DNA of 24,000 nt, taken from assembly GCF_009649955.1 (NCBI RefSeq), contig NZ_CP045875.1, positions 595,059 through 619,058 of the forward strand, in the 5' to 3' direction. Under the pieces are notes generated by a model. It had not been told where the DNA came from, did not search any database, and saw only the letters and a program-made list of their open reading frames with translations. The translations under genes were made by a program, and so were the position numbers. The stretch is from Heliorestis convoluta (GTDB taxonomy: Bacteria > Bacillota > Desulfitobacteriia > Heliobacteriales > Heliobacteriaceae). Positions 8,714 to 16,885 of this stretch are shown here, one piece after another. The number at the start of each line of letters is the position of its first letter. Position 1 is the stretch's first letter.

Positions 8714-8742
8714 ATTATAGTATTTATTCTCTACTTCTACAA
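8714..8742 (-). promoter_or_regulatory. sigma-A-like promoter upstream of the modA leader
   Basis: Minus strand: TTGTAG (8742-8737), 17-nt spacer, TATAAT (8719-8714). It lies upstream of the terminator at 8609-8661 and of the modA start at 8575. Confidence 0.5.
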
Positions 8743-8811
8743 GATCTAATTTTTGATTTCCCAATAATACTTTTTGAAGCCAGGGGATAATAGCCTTTGA
8801 TGATCAAGTTC

Positions 8812-9120
8812 TTAACACTCTCTGGTGCATAAAGGCTTTTCTTCTATTTGAGCTGAAACGTACTGAAGTAGAGAAGGTCCGAGCTGCTCAAGTGTGCTGT
8901 GATTTAATTGATAGTAATTCCATTTCCCTTCTTTTCGCACTGTGATCAAATGAGCTTCTGCTAAAATTTTAAGGTGATGAGATACTGTCGATTGGCGAAG
9001 CGAAAAAACATCGGTAATTTCACAGTTGCATAGTTCTCGCTTCTCTAGAGTCCGAAGTATTTTTAAGCGGCTTTCATCGGCTACTGCTCGTAAGATTTGC
9101 AACAACTCTTGGTCTTTCAT
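8812..9120 (-). CDS. arsR: ArsR/SmtB-family metalloregulator
   Basis: 102 aa with a winged HTH (LRQSTVSHHLKILAEAHLI). ELCNCEI lies at the position of the ELCVCDL As(III)-binding site of classical ArsR. It is 9 nt downstream of acr3. Confidence 0.85.
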   Translation of the reverse strand: MKDQELLQILRAVADESRLKILRTLEKRELCNCEITDVFSLRQSTVSHHLKILAEAHLITVRKEGKWNYYQLNHSTLEQLGPSLLQYVSAQIEEKPLCTREC

Positions 9121-9129
9121 TGTATCAAT

Positions 9130-10218
9130 TTACGCCCTTTCTACAGCCCAGTTCGACTCTCCGTCAGGTTTGAAATATTTGTTTTTCATTTTCAAAGCCA
9201 CGTTAACGAGAAGAATGAGCACAGGTACTTCAATCAATGGTCCTATCACGGCCGCAAAAGCCATGCCTGAATCGATGCCGAAGACAGCAATGGCTACGGC
9301 AATGGCCAATTCAAAGTTGTTGCTCGCTGCTGTAAAAGATAAGCTTGTTGTCTGTCTGTAGTTCACACCAGCACGCATGCTGATGAAGAAAGAGACAAAG
9401 AACATGATTACAAAGTAAATTAATAAAGGAATGCCGATTTTGACGACATCTAGAGGCAATTGAACGATATAGCTGCCTTTATAGGAGAACATGACGACAA
9501 TGGTAAAGAGCAAGGCCATAAGGGCTAGTGGGCTAATGGTAGGGATAAACTTTTTCTCATACCATTCTGATCCTTTGGCTGGTTCTAAGATGTAGCGACT
9601 GAAAAAGCCAGCAGCAAAAGGAATGCCTAGGTAGATAAGAACACTTTGCGCTACATCAGCCATGGAAATACTGATCTGCATGCTTTCAAAGCCAAGCCAG
9701 CCTGGTAGTAAGGTGATAAAGACGTACGCGTAGGCCGAGTAGAAAAGAATTTGGAAGATGGAGTTAAAGGCAACAAGAGCCGCTGCATATTCTGTATCAC
9801 CCTTGGCCAGCGCATTCCAGATAATAACCATAGCAATACAACGCGCAATACCGATTAAAATGAGACCTATCATGTACTCAGGGTGGTTGTGTAAAAATAT
9901 TATGGCTAAGGCAAACATCAAGATGGGACCAATAATCCAGTTTTGAAGCAGTGATAATCCTAAGACTTTGCGATTTTTAAACACGCCACCGATTTTTTTG
10001 TAGTTGACTTTGGCTAGAGGTGGATACATCATCACAATCAAACCAATGGCAATTGGAATGGAAATGGTAGTCCCTTCTATGGTGAGGCTATCTAAGAAAG
10101 CGGGTAGCCCTGGAAAGATGTTGCCTGCTCCGACACCAATGGCCATGGCTATAAATATCCACAAGGTTAGGTAACGATCCAGCAAAGAAAGGCCTGAAGA
10201 CGCTTTTTCTGTGCTCAT
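9130..10218 (-). CDS. acr3: arsenite efflux permease, ACR3 family
   Basis: The start is moved from 10290 to ATG 10218 ([22 protein letters not shown]...), which has RBS aaaggagg 7 nt upstream. The longer ORF would read through the promoter/operator. It is a polytopic membrane protein with the ACR3-typical [12 protein letters not shown]-terminus. Confidence 0.85.
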   Translation of the reverse strand: MSTEKASSGLSLLDRYLTLWIFIAMAIGVGAGNIFPGLPAFLDSLTIEGTTISIPIAIGLIVMMYPPLAKVNYKKIGGVFKNRKVLGLSLLQNWIIGPILMFALAIIFLHNHPEYMIGLILIGIARCIAMVIIWNALAKGDTEYAAALVAFNSIFQILFYSAYAYVFITLLPGWLGFESMQISISMADVAQSVLIYLGIPFAAGFFSRYILEPAKGSEWYEKKFIPTISPLALMALLFTIVVMFSYKGSYIVQLPLDVVKIGIPLLIYFVIMFFVSFFISMRAGVNYRQTTSLSFTAASNNFELAIAVAIAVFGIDSGMAFAAVIGPLIEVPVLILLVNVALKMKNKYFKPDGESNWAVERA

Positions 10219-10239
10219 GATAAAACCTCCTTTTGATAC

Positions 10240-10290
10240 ATCGATAGATATCGATGCGTTAATGCTAACAAGATACTTCTTATGCGTCAA
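10240..10290 (-). promoter_or_regulatory. acr3-arsR promoter with 16-bp palindromic operator
   Basis: Minus strand: GGTTGACGCATAA carries -35 TTGACG (10290-10285), then a 17-nt spacer and TAGCAT (10267-10262). The perfect palindrome ATCGATA-TC-TATCGAT follows at 10240-10255, just downstream of the -10. Confidence 0.55.
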
Positions 10291-10353
10291 CCTCTCTTGT
10301 TGTTACTCTTACAATAAAGAGGTCTTCACAATGGATAGTTTCTTTTTTGGCTG

Positions 10354-10776
10354 CTACTGTGCTGCTATAGTCTTATTTGTAATTTTTTTAGCAAGAATCT
10401 TTATATTTTCTTCTACCTTTTTAATAATAATTCTGAATTCATCATCACTTTTTCCGGATGGATCATCTAAGCCCCAATCTTCTTCATATTGACTCGGGAG
10501 AAATGGACAAGTCACATTGCAACCCATTTTAATAACGATATCGACTTTTGGAATTTCTGTTAACAATTTAGGGCGCTGTGATTCTTCCATATCAATGGCA
10601 TAAATTTCTTTCATCAATCGAAGGGCATCTTGATTGATCTGTGCTTTCATTTCTGTACCGGCAGAATAACTTTCGAATACATGGCCAGCCAAATGCTTGC
10701 CCAAGGCTTCTGCGATTTGACTTCGGCAGGAATTATGAACACAGATAAATGCTACTTTAGGCTTTTGACTGCTCAT
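10354..10776 (-). CDS. arsC: arsenate reductase, thioredoxin-coupled LMW-PTPase type
   Basis: The start is moved to ATG 10776 (MSSQKPKVAFICVHNSCRSQIAEA), which has RBS gggagg 7 nt upstream. It carries the CX5R P-loop (CVHNSCRS) and downstream Cys residues (MGCNVTCP). Confidence 0.85.
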   Translation of the reverse strand: MSSQKPKVAFICVHNSCRSQIAEALGKHLAGHVFESYSAGTEMKAQINQDALRLMKEIYAIDMEESQRPKLLTEIPKVDIVIKMGCNVTCPFLPSQYEEDWGLDDPSGKSDDEFRIIIKKVEENIKILAKKITNKTIAAQ

Positions 10777-10839
10777 CCTTATACCTCCCAATTTTAATAT
10801 CGATGATGTCGGTTATATGGGATCGCTACCTCAATATAT

Positions 10840-10891
10840 ATCGAAGCTTATCGATGTGAGTATCATATCAAGATTATGGGTTATGCGTCAA
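10840..10891 (-). promoter_or_regulatory. arsC promoter with a degenerate copy of the same operator
   Basis: Minus strand: the same 13-mer GGTTGACGCATAA with -35 TTGACG (10891-10886), an 18-nt spacer, then TATGAT (10867-10862). ATCGATA-AG-CTTCGAT follows at 10840-10855 and matches 5 of 7 positions of the second arm of the palindrome. An extra ATCGAT half-site lies near 10798-10803. Confidence 0.5.
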
Positions 10892-10950
10892 CCTTTTTTA
10901 TTCACAAAGTAAAATATATCATAATTTAGTTTTATTTGGTTTTTCTAAAT

Positions 10951-10995
10951 AAGCCACGAGTAAAATATAGTTATTAGATATTTTACTCGTGGCTT
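10951..10995. terminator. perfect 18-bp stem-loop after the small hypothetical gene
   Basis: aagccacgagtaaaatat-agttattag-atattttactcgtggctt, 13 nt after the stop at 11009. The U-tract on the minus strand is poor (atttag). It may insulate the ars promoter from read-through. Confidence 0.45.
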
Positions 10996-11008
10996 AAGCT
11001 GCAATATT

Positions 11009-11314
11009 TTACAATCTAATTGTAGGGAAAGTAAATATTTCCTGCTCGGAGATGCCTTTTTCAAGCTGCTTGTCAGGAGCCTCCTTTTCTTTTAAAATGA
11101 TCAATTGTCGGTATACTTTTTCTTCTATGAGTGCAAGTCGACTGCTAAGTATGTTCAGATCTTGAGATATGGCAATAATTTCTGCATCTGTAATGCCCAT
11201 GTTTTCTGCTTCTTTTTCTGCTTTTTTAGCCAAAAGATAGGTCTGATCAGCCATAAGTGAAAGCACACCTGTTTGTTTTCCTACGTTGCGGTATAGTGGT
11301 AACAAGTTCCCCAT
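11009..11314 (-). CDS. hypothetical protein (predicted helical/coiled-coil, no recognised family)
   Basis: The ORF track starts at GTG 11326, which abuts the RBS. ATG 11314 (MGNLLPLYRN...) lies 11 nt after gggag. No motifs were recognised. Confidence 0.4.
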   Translation of the reverse strand: MGNLLPLYRNVGKQTGVLSLMADQTYLLAKKAEKEAENMGITDAEIIAISQDLNILSSRLALIEEKVYRQLIILKEKEAPDKQLEKGISEQEIFTFPTIRL

Positions 11315-11560
11315 TGAACATGTCACTCCCTTATCTTTTATTCAATTATAGTATATCTCTTTTTACTTAAGAAGATTAGTAAGAAAGGCAAACCTTTACA
11401 ATGACTTTGCAGTCTCTATGAATTAAGTCTAACTTTCTTAAAAAACATGAGATTGCGAAGACATACACATATGGTTGATTTCAATTATTTCTTGTATTAT
11501 CGAGTTTCTACCTGATTCTAACCATGTGTAAACAAAAAAAGCTCCAGAGCTATACTTTCA

Positions 11561-12061
11561 CTATGCTTCTGGTGGCTTTTTTCTTCGAAAAACCATTTTA
11601 CAGTAACTATCTCCCGCACCGATACGTTTTTCGGGGATAAATTCAATGTCTGGAAAAGCAGACATAAGTCCATAGTCACCTTGTACAGCCCAGTTACAAA
11701 GTTTGTCTGTCTCTTCGATGGTTGCACCATGCCGTTCTTGCCAGGCCTTAACGAGTGGACAGTGGTGAAATTCTACGATCAGTTGCTTCTCTGTCATTTC
11801 GGTCACCGACATCTTGAAGACTTGCCTCGTTACTGGTGTGGCGAATTGAGCTAAAAATTCATTCAAGTCATCGGTTGAAGTAAGCTTTTTTCCTTTGTCG
11901 ACACCGTATTTGTAAATTGCACTTCTGGCCATCGCTTCAGCATTGTAACCTCGTTCTTTGGCTTCTTCTAGGAGAAGGTAGAACCAGCTAGCTCGATCTT
12001 CGAAAGCTTGGCGTAGCGTTTCTAGGGAGATGGTTCCTTCATTTTTTTGAATTGAAGACAT
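11561..12061 (-). CDS. ATC-hydrolase-like (L-2-amino-thiazoline-4-carboxylic acid hydrolase family) small Cys-containing protein
   Basis: The start is moved to ATG 12061 (MSSIQKNEG), with RBS aaaggagtg upstream. The C-terminal pattern HHCPLVKAW...LCNWAVQGD...RIGAGDSYCKMVF fits my recollection of the ATC_hydrolase family signature (C..W, C...D, G.G...C.f.F). This is recognition-level only. Confidence 0.5.
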   Translation of the reverse strand: MSSIQKNEGTISLETLRQAFEDRASWFYLLLEEAKERGYNAEAMARSAIYKYGVDKGKKLTSTDDLNEFLAQFATPVTRQVFKMSVTEMTEKQLIVEFHHCPLVKAWQERHGATIEETDKLCNWAVQGDYGLMSAFPDIEFIPEKRIGAGDSYCKMVFRRKKPPEA

Positions 12062-12120
12062 CGTAGTCACTCCTTTTTTATATTTTTCTCCATTTTCTAG
12101 GGTCCGCACTGTCTCTCTAG

Positions 12121-12504
12121 TTATTTTTGCGCTACTACATAGAAAACCACAGAAAAAAGAAAAAGTGAGCCAAAAAGTGAAAGGCTTATATATTGCAGAA
12201 AAAGCCTATACAACTTCCGCTCCAACAAATCGAGGGCTTCTACTGAGAAAGTTGAATAGGTTGTGAAAGCGCCAAAAAAACCGACAGCAACTGCGAGATA
12301 GAGCCCATCCTGATAGATTGTCAAAGGGTAATCGGTATAATAAAGGGAAAGAAAAAGAGCTAGACCGACTGAGCCAATTACGTTGATGATAACCATAGGC
12401 AGAGGGATGGCATCTTTTTTTTGAAATTGTAATAGATAGATCCCCAATGCGTATCTTGAGGCAGCGCCTAGGGCGCCTCCTAAGCTGAGCAAAAGTAAAT
12501 TCAT
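12121..12504 (-). CDS. crcB: fluoride channel Fluc/CrcB, second paralog
   Basis: 127 aa with 4 TM segments. GGALGAASRY and GFFGAFTTYSTF motifs are present. Confidence 0.85.
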   Translation of the reverse strand: MNLLLLSLGGALGAASRYALGIYLLQFQKKDAIPLPMVIINVIGSVGLALFLSLYYTDYPLTIYQDGLYLAVAVGFFGAFTTYSTFSVEALDLLERKLYRLFLQYISLSLFGSLFLFSVVFYVVAQK

Positions 12505-12577
12505 AAGTTTGCTTCTCTTTCAAGTTTTTTGTTCGATTCTACAGATCAAGCTTTTTCCCTATCCTTGTATGTGTACG

Positions 12578-12991
12578 TTATTCCTGTGAGAATTCCATGC
12601 TTTTTTTGTCATTCTTTTTCTCAAGCCCTGTACGGACAATATAAAACCCTGCAAAAGCGCTGCCCAAACCACCGACTACTGTGACGATACCATAGAGTAG
12701 GGCTAGAAAGGGCTGATTGATTACAAGCAGGAGATAGGTATCGGCAGCGAAAGTAGACATGGTTGTAAAGCCACCGCAAAAACCAACGCCAGCACTTAAG
12801 CGCAGCCATTCTCGTTTCCCATACAAAATAAATAGGGCTGATAATAGACCCAGCAAGAAGCTTCCTATAATATTCTCTATTAGAGTGCCGATGGGATAGC
12901 CTGTCGGAAGGGCCAAAAGATTGACAGTGTAACGAAGTAAGGTCCCGAGGGCGCCTCCGATTGCTACAAGCAGTAGGTTTGTTACTATCAT
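12578..12991 (-). CDS. crcB: fluoride channel Fluc/CrcB, first paralog
   Basis: 137 aa. GGALGTLLRY and GFCGGFTTMSTF motifs are present. Tandem crcB pairs are the classical heterodimeric Fluc arrangement. Confidence 0.85.
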   Translation of the reverse strand: MIVTNLLLVAIGGALGTLLRYTVNLLALPTGYPIGTLIENIIGSFLLGLLSALFILYGKREWLRLSAGVGFCGGFTTMSTFAADTYLLLVINQPFLALLYGIVTVVGGLGSAFAGFYIVRTGLEKKNDKKSMEFSQE

Positions 12992-13033
12992 TGTGTGCGC
13001 CTTTCTTCTTGATAAGAAAAAGAATTCCCTTCG

Positions 13034-13042
13034 TGGTATAAT
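13034..13042 (+). promoter_or_regulatory. extended -10 element for the ABC-F gene
   Basis: TG-g-TATAAT matches the TGnTATAAT consensus perfectly, 68 nt upstream of ATG 13110. No good -35 is present. Confidence 0.5.
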
Positions 13043-13109
13043 TGAAAAAAGATTGGGATGGATTGAAAAAAGCGTACCAAGTCCCTACAGCAAAGGAATT
13101 GAAAAAAAG

Positions 13110-15053
13110 ATGCATATCCTATCAATGGAAGATATCTCAAAGACCTATGGCGAAAAGGTTTTGTTCGACAGCGTTTCCTTAGGTATTAACGGTGGCGAAA
13201 AAATTGGCCTTATTGGCGTCAATGGTACGGGCAAATCTACTTTTCTTAAGATTATGGCTCGTCTTGAACAACCCGATCAAGGAAAGATTACGATTGGCAA
13301 TGGCCTTACCATTGAATACTTGCCCCAAGATCCTCTTTTTGATGAAAAAGTGACTGTCTTAGAACAAGTCTTCAAAGGCACGAGCCCTATTATGGCCTTG
13401 TTACGACAATATGAAAAAACCTTAGAAAAAGCCAATCAACCAACGTACGATGAAAAAGTAAACGAAGAGCTTTTGGGCCTTCAAGCGAAGATGGATGAAC
13501 TGGGCGCTTGGCAAGTAGAAAGCGATGCCAAAGCCATCTTGAATAAGCTAGGAATCACACAGTACGACGTCCCGATTAAGACCTTATCAGGTGGTCAAAG
13601 AAAGCGTGTTGCCTTGGCCAGTGCCTTAATCAGCCCAGCTGATTTATTGATTCTTGATGAACCGACGAACCACATTGACAATGAAACAGTAGCCTGGTTA
13701 GAGCAATACCTGAACAAACGCAAAGGCGCTCTTGTGATGATTACGCACGATCGTTATTTTCTCGATCGCGTCGTTAACCGTATTGTAGAAGTTCACAATG
13801 GAAAATTGTACGCCTACAAGGGCAATTATAGCACTTTTTTAGAACTGAAAGCAGCGCGAGAAGAGCAAGAAATAGCTTCTGAGAAGAAGCGTCAAAATCT
13901 CTACCGTCAAGAATTGGCCTGGATACGCCGTGGCGCCAAAGCGAGAACGACAAAGCAAAAAGCGCGCATCGATCGCTTTCAAATCTTACAAGAGGCAAAG
14001 CAAGACATTGTTTCCGAAAAGATCGATATATCTGTAGGCTCAACACGACTCGGCAAAAAAGTGATCGAAATCAAGGATCTATGCAAAGCCTATGGTGATC
14101 GCAAGCTCATCGATCACTTTTCATACCTTATCGGGCGAGATGATCGCATTGGTATTATTGGCGCCAATGGCACAGGCAAATCGACGCTCCTCAATATGAT
14201 TGCTGGGCGAACTTCCCCCGATCAAGGCACCATAGAAGTTGGTGAAACCGTAAAGATCGGCTATTTTTCTCAAGAAAACAGTCATATGAAAGATTCCATG
14301 CGAGTGATTGAATATATCAAAGAAGAAGCCGAGTTTTTGCCAACCGCTGATGGCACTTTACTTAGCGCCAGTAAAATGCTCGAACGCTTTTTGTTTTCTT
14401 CAACAGCGCAGTGGACGCCCATTGCTAAACTTTCAGGTGGTGAAAAAAGGCGCCTCTATTTGCTTCGTGTGCTAATGAGTGCGCCCAATGTGTTGCTTTT
14501 TGATGAGCCTACCAACGATTTAGATATTCAAACACTGACCATCTTAGAAGATTATCTTGACGACTTCCCTGGCGCCGTCATCACGGTATCTCACGACCGC
14601 TACTTTCTCGATCGAGTGGCTGAGAAAATCTTCTCTTTTGAAGGTAAAGGTAAAATCAAGTATTTTGTAGGCAACTATTCAGAATATCAGGAAAGACAAA
14701 AAGTAGAGGAAAAAAAGGAAACACAAGAACAAAGTCAAAAGGAAAGTACGCATAGTGCCTCTCGCAGTGCCGAACAAAAGTCTGACCATAAGAAGGGATA
14801 TCAGAAAAAAGAAAAGCCCCTTAAGCTAACGCTAAAAGAGCAAATGGAATATGAGCAAATGGATGAGCGCATCGCGGAAAAAGAAGCAGAAATCGAAAAA
14901 GTATCGAGTGAAATAAACGAAGCGGGAAGCAATTATGTACTTCTGCAAGAGCTGACAGCGAAGCAAGAAAGTCTCGAGCAGGAATTGGAAAGCTTAATGG
15001 AGCGATGGATGTATCTTGCTGAGATTGCAGAAGCCATGAAAAAAGGGAGATAA
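13110..15053 (+). CDS. ABC-F family ATPase, Uup/YfmR-like, with C-terminal coiled-coil
   Basis: The start is moved to ATG 13110 (MHILSMEDISKTYGEK), since the upstream part of the ORF is promoter DNA. There are two cassettes and no TM segments. Cassette one has GVNGTGKST, LSGGQRKR and LILDEPTNHID. Cassette two has GANGTGKST, LSGGEKRR and LLFDEPTNDLD. It ends in a Lys/Glu-rich linker and coiled-coil tail. Confidence 0.85.
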   Translation: MHILSMEDISKTYGEKVLFDSVSLGINGGEKIGLIGVNGTGKSTFLKIMARLEQPDQGKITIGNGLTIEYLPQDPLFDEKVTVLEQVFKGTSPIMALLRQYEKTLEKANQPTYDEKVNEELLGLQAKMDELGAWQVESDAKAILNKLGITQYDVPIKTLSGGQRKRVALASALISPADLLILDEPTNHIDNETVAWLEQYLNKRKGALVMITHDRYFLDRVVNRIVEVHNGKLYAYKGNYSTFLELKAAREEQEIASEKKRQNLYRQELAWIRRGAKARTTKQKARIDRFQILQEAKQDIVSEKIDISVGSTRLGKKVIEIKDLCKAYGDRKLIDHFSYLIGRDDRIGIIGANGTGKSTLLNMIAGRTSPDQGTIEVGETVKIGYFSQENSHMKDSMRVIEYIKEEAEFLPTADGTLLSASKMLERFLFSSTAQWTPIAKLSGGEKRRLYLLRVLMSAPNVLLFDEPTNDLDIQTLTILEDYLDDFPGAVITVSHDRYFLDRVAEKIFSFEGKGKIKYFVGNYSEYQERQKVEEKKETQEQSQKESTHSASRSAEQKSDHKKGYQKKEKPLKLTLKEQMEYEQMDERIAEKEAEIEKVSSEINEAGSNYVLLQELTAKQESLEQELESLMERWMYLAEIAEAMKKGR

Positions 15054-15185
15054 GTAGAAGTCAAGGTAGGCTTTATTCACAACAGCTATGAAAAAGTTCT
15101 TGTTTTAAATGTTGCCGAGTGGGATTTTGCCTGCTGAACCTGCAAAGACAAAAAGTATCACCTATATGCTATCACTGTAACGATG

Positions 15186-15214
15186 ATGCCTGTGACCACA
15201 GGCATTTTTTTTTT
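15186..15214 (+). terminator. intrinsic terminator of the ABC-F gene
   Basis: atgcctgt-gacc-acaggcat followed by nine T residues. Confidence 0.75.
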
Positions 15215-15368
15215 CATAAACGATAGATTTTGTGCTCTTTTAATACCAACAATTACATGTGATTTATTTAAAAAAAATCACAACTTTTTAACATAATTAT
15301 GATAACATTTTAAGGTATCCACTATGTGTTTCATTATTTATTATTTTTATTGCAAAGGAGTTTTGTGA

Positions 15369-15905
15369 ATGTTGCAACGATTGCTTTCTGATCCAAGGCT
15401 TGTACCACTTTGGACAGTGCTTCGTTTCTGGCTTGGATATCAATGGTTGACAAGTGGTTGGGGTAAATTATTTAATCCTGCTTGGACAGGTGAAAATGCA
15501 CCTGTCGCTATTATGGGCTTTTTTAATGGTGTATTAGAAAAAGCTCAAACAGGTGCTAAGCCTGAAGTCAAGGGTTGGTATGCTGATTTTGTCCAAGGAT
15601 TTGCAATGCCGAATGCAGAACTTTTCTCTTATCTCATTCCGATCGCTGAAGTATTAGCGGGTCTAGGATTAATTGTAGGTGGTCTAACCACCATTGCATT
15701 GCTTGGTGGTTTTACAATGAATCTTAACTTCCTCTGGGCGGGCACATCTTCATCCAATCCAGAGATGTTAATTGTTACATTAATCTTGTTGTTTGCTGGT
15801 GCTCACGCTTATCGATATGGTATCGACCATTATCTCTTCCAGTGGATTCATAAATTACGTGGTACAGCTACATCTTCAACAACGTCCTCTTCTACCAAGG
15901 CTTAA
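15369..15905 (+). CDS. DoxX-like small integral membrane protein
   Basis: 178 aa with about 4 hydrophobic segments. The N-terminal RFWLGYQWLTSGWGKL and overall size resemble DoxX/DoxD-type proteins. It has a Ser/Thr-rich tail. Family assignment is tentative. Confidence 0.45.
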   Translation: MLQRLLSDPRLVPLWTVLRFWLGYQWLTSGWGKLFNPAWTGENAPVAIMGFFNGVLEKAQTGAKPEVKGWYADFVQGFAMPNAELFSYLIPIAEVLAGLGLIVGGLTTIALLGGFTMNLNFLWAGTSSSNPEMLIVTLILLFAGAHAYRYGIDHYLFQWIHKLRGTATSSTTSSSTKA

Positions 15906-15908
15906 GGT

Positions 15909-15960
15909 AAAGTCCTCTTAGACAAGCAAAACTTGTCTAAGAGGACTTTTTATGTTTTTT
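15909..15960 (+). terminator. intrinsic terminator of the DoxX-like gene
   Basis: aaagtcctcttagacaag-caaaa-cttgtctaagaggacttt is a perfect 18-bp stem, followed by ttatgtttttt. Confidence 0.8.
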
Positions 15961-16086
15961 CCGTTCATTTTTGCCCTGCCCTTTGTAAAAAATAGATGAT
16001 AGAAAGCATAAGTCATAAAGAAGAAGTTCTATGCTTTTTTGTGGGCCCTAGGGATTTTTTAGACATCAAGCCGAACGAGGTGACTT

Positions 16087-16866
16087 ATGTTAAACGCTTG
16101 TGTAGCCCATCGGGGTTGGTCCGGATTGGCTCCCGAAAATACATTGGCTGCCATCAAATTGGCTGTAGAAGATGGGCTGATCGAGATGATTGAGATCGAC
16201 GTTCAACTGTCAAAAGACGGCATCCCTGTTGTTATTCATGATTTTACTTTAGATAGAACAACGAATGGAACAGGACACGTAAAAGATACAATGCTATGCG
16301 AACTGGTCACATACGATGCAGGAAGCTGGTTTGCACCTGCATTTGCCGGTGAGAAGATTCCTACATTGGAAGAAGTATTGTGCTTGGTAAAAGGGAGAAA
16401 GAAACTAAATATTGAGCTAAAGCAAGTGGGCGAGCTCTATCCCTTTATGGAAATGAAGGTCTTACAATTGATTCAAGAATTTGATCTTCAAGACGAGGTG
16501 GTAGTAACCTCTTTTGATCAACAGTGTCTTCAAAAAGTAAAAGCCACCGCGCCTGAGATAGCGGTGGGTCTTATCGTTGGGAGACCGCCTGTAACGATTG
16601 AACAATTACAGGCATTGGGTGCCAAATTCCTCGCAATTGACTATTCTTATATCACAAAGTCAATGGTTCAAGAGTTTTTTGATCAAGGCATAGATATCAT
16701 GGCATGGACTATCAATGATAAAGAGTCTATGAAAAAAATTATGAATTTACATCCATTTATCCGAATTTGCACGAATCATCCCGAGGTATGGAAGTGTGCG
16801 ATCAAAGAGGGTGGCATGGAAGGTGGCATGGGGACGTTTCGTTTGGCATCTCAAACTCAGAAATAG
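16087..16866 (+). CDS. glycerophosphodiester phosphodiesterase (GDPD family)
   Basis: 259 aa. HRG...APENT, EIDVQLSKDGIPVVIHDFTLDRTTNG and a C-terminal ICTNHPE are typical of GlpQ/UgpQ-type enzymes. RBS gaggtga sits upstream of ATG 16087. Confidence 0.8.
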   Translation: MLNACVAHRGWSGLAPENTLAAIKLAVEDGLIEMIEIDVQLSKDGIPVVIHDFTLDRTTNGTGHVKDTMLCELVTYDAGSWFAPAFAGEKIPTLEEVLCLVKGRKKLNIELKQVGELYPFMEMKVLQLIQEFDLQDEVVVTSFDQQCLQKVKATAPEIAVGLIVGRPPVTIEQLQALGAKFLAIDYSYITKSMVQEFFDQGIDIMAWTINDKESMKKIMNLHPFIRICTNHPEVWKCAIKEGGMEGGMGTFRLASQTQK

Positions 16867-16885
16867 AGCCCATGGCACTAACGTG

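Noticed and set aside
8618-8720. Calling the modA leader a bona fide Moco riboswitch
   Set aside because: Only a 6-bp hairpin and a terminator fit between the predicted TSS and the gene. The Moco motif needs a much larger multi-stem aptamer, and I cannot match its conserved blocks from memory. It is kept as a generic attenuator candidate instead.
12992-13109. Fluoride (crcB-motif) riboswitch upstream of the crcB pair
   Set aside because: The minus strand of this spacer lacks the conserved GGxGAUGG...CC / AAACGC / CUAAUGAxxCCUAC blocks. A plus-strand GGGATGGATTG...AGTCCCTAC stretch has a superficial resemblance. It is on the wrong strand for crcB and cannot form the P1 stem.
8576-13109. N-terminal extensions of tracked ORFs (modA to 8617, acr3 to 10290, arsC to 10791, hypothetical gene to 11326, ATC-like gene to 12109, ABC-F from 12993)
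   Set aside because: In each case an internal ATG with a proper Shine-Dalgarno gives a family-typical N-terminus. The extension would run through promoter, operator or terminator sequence.
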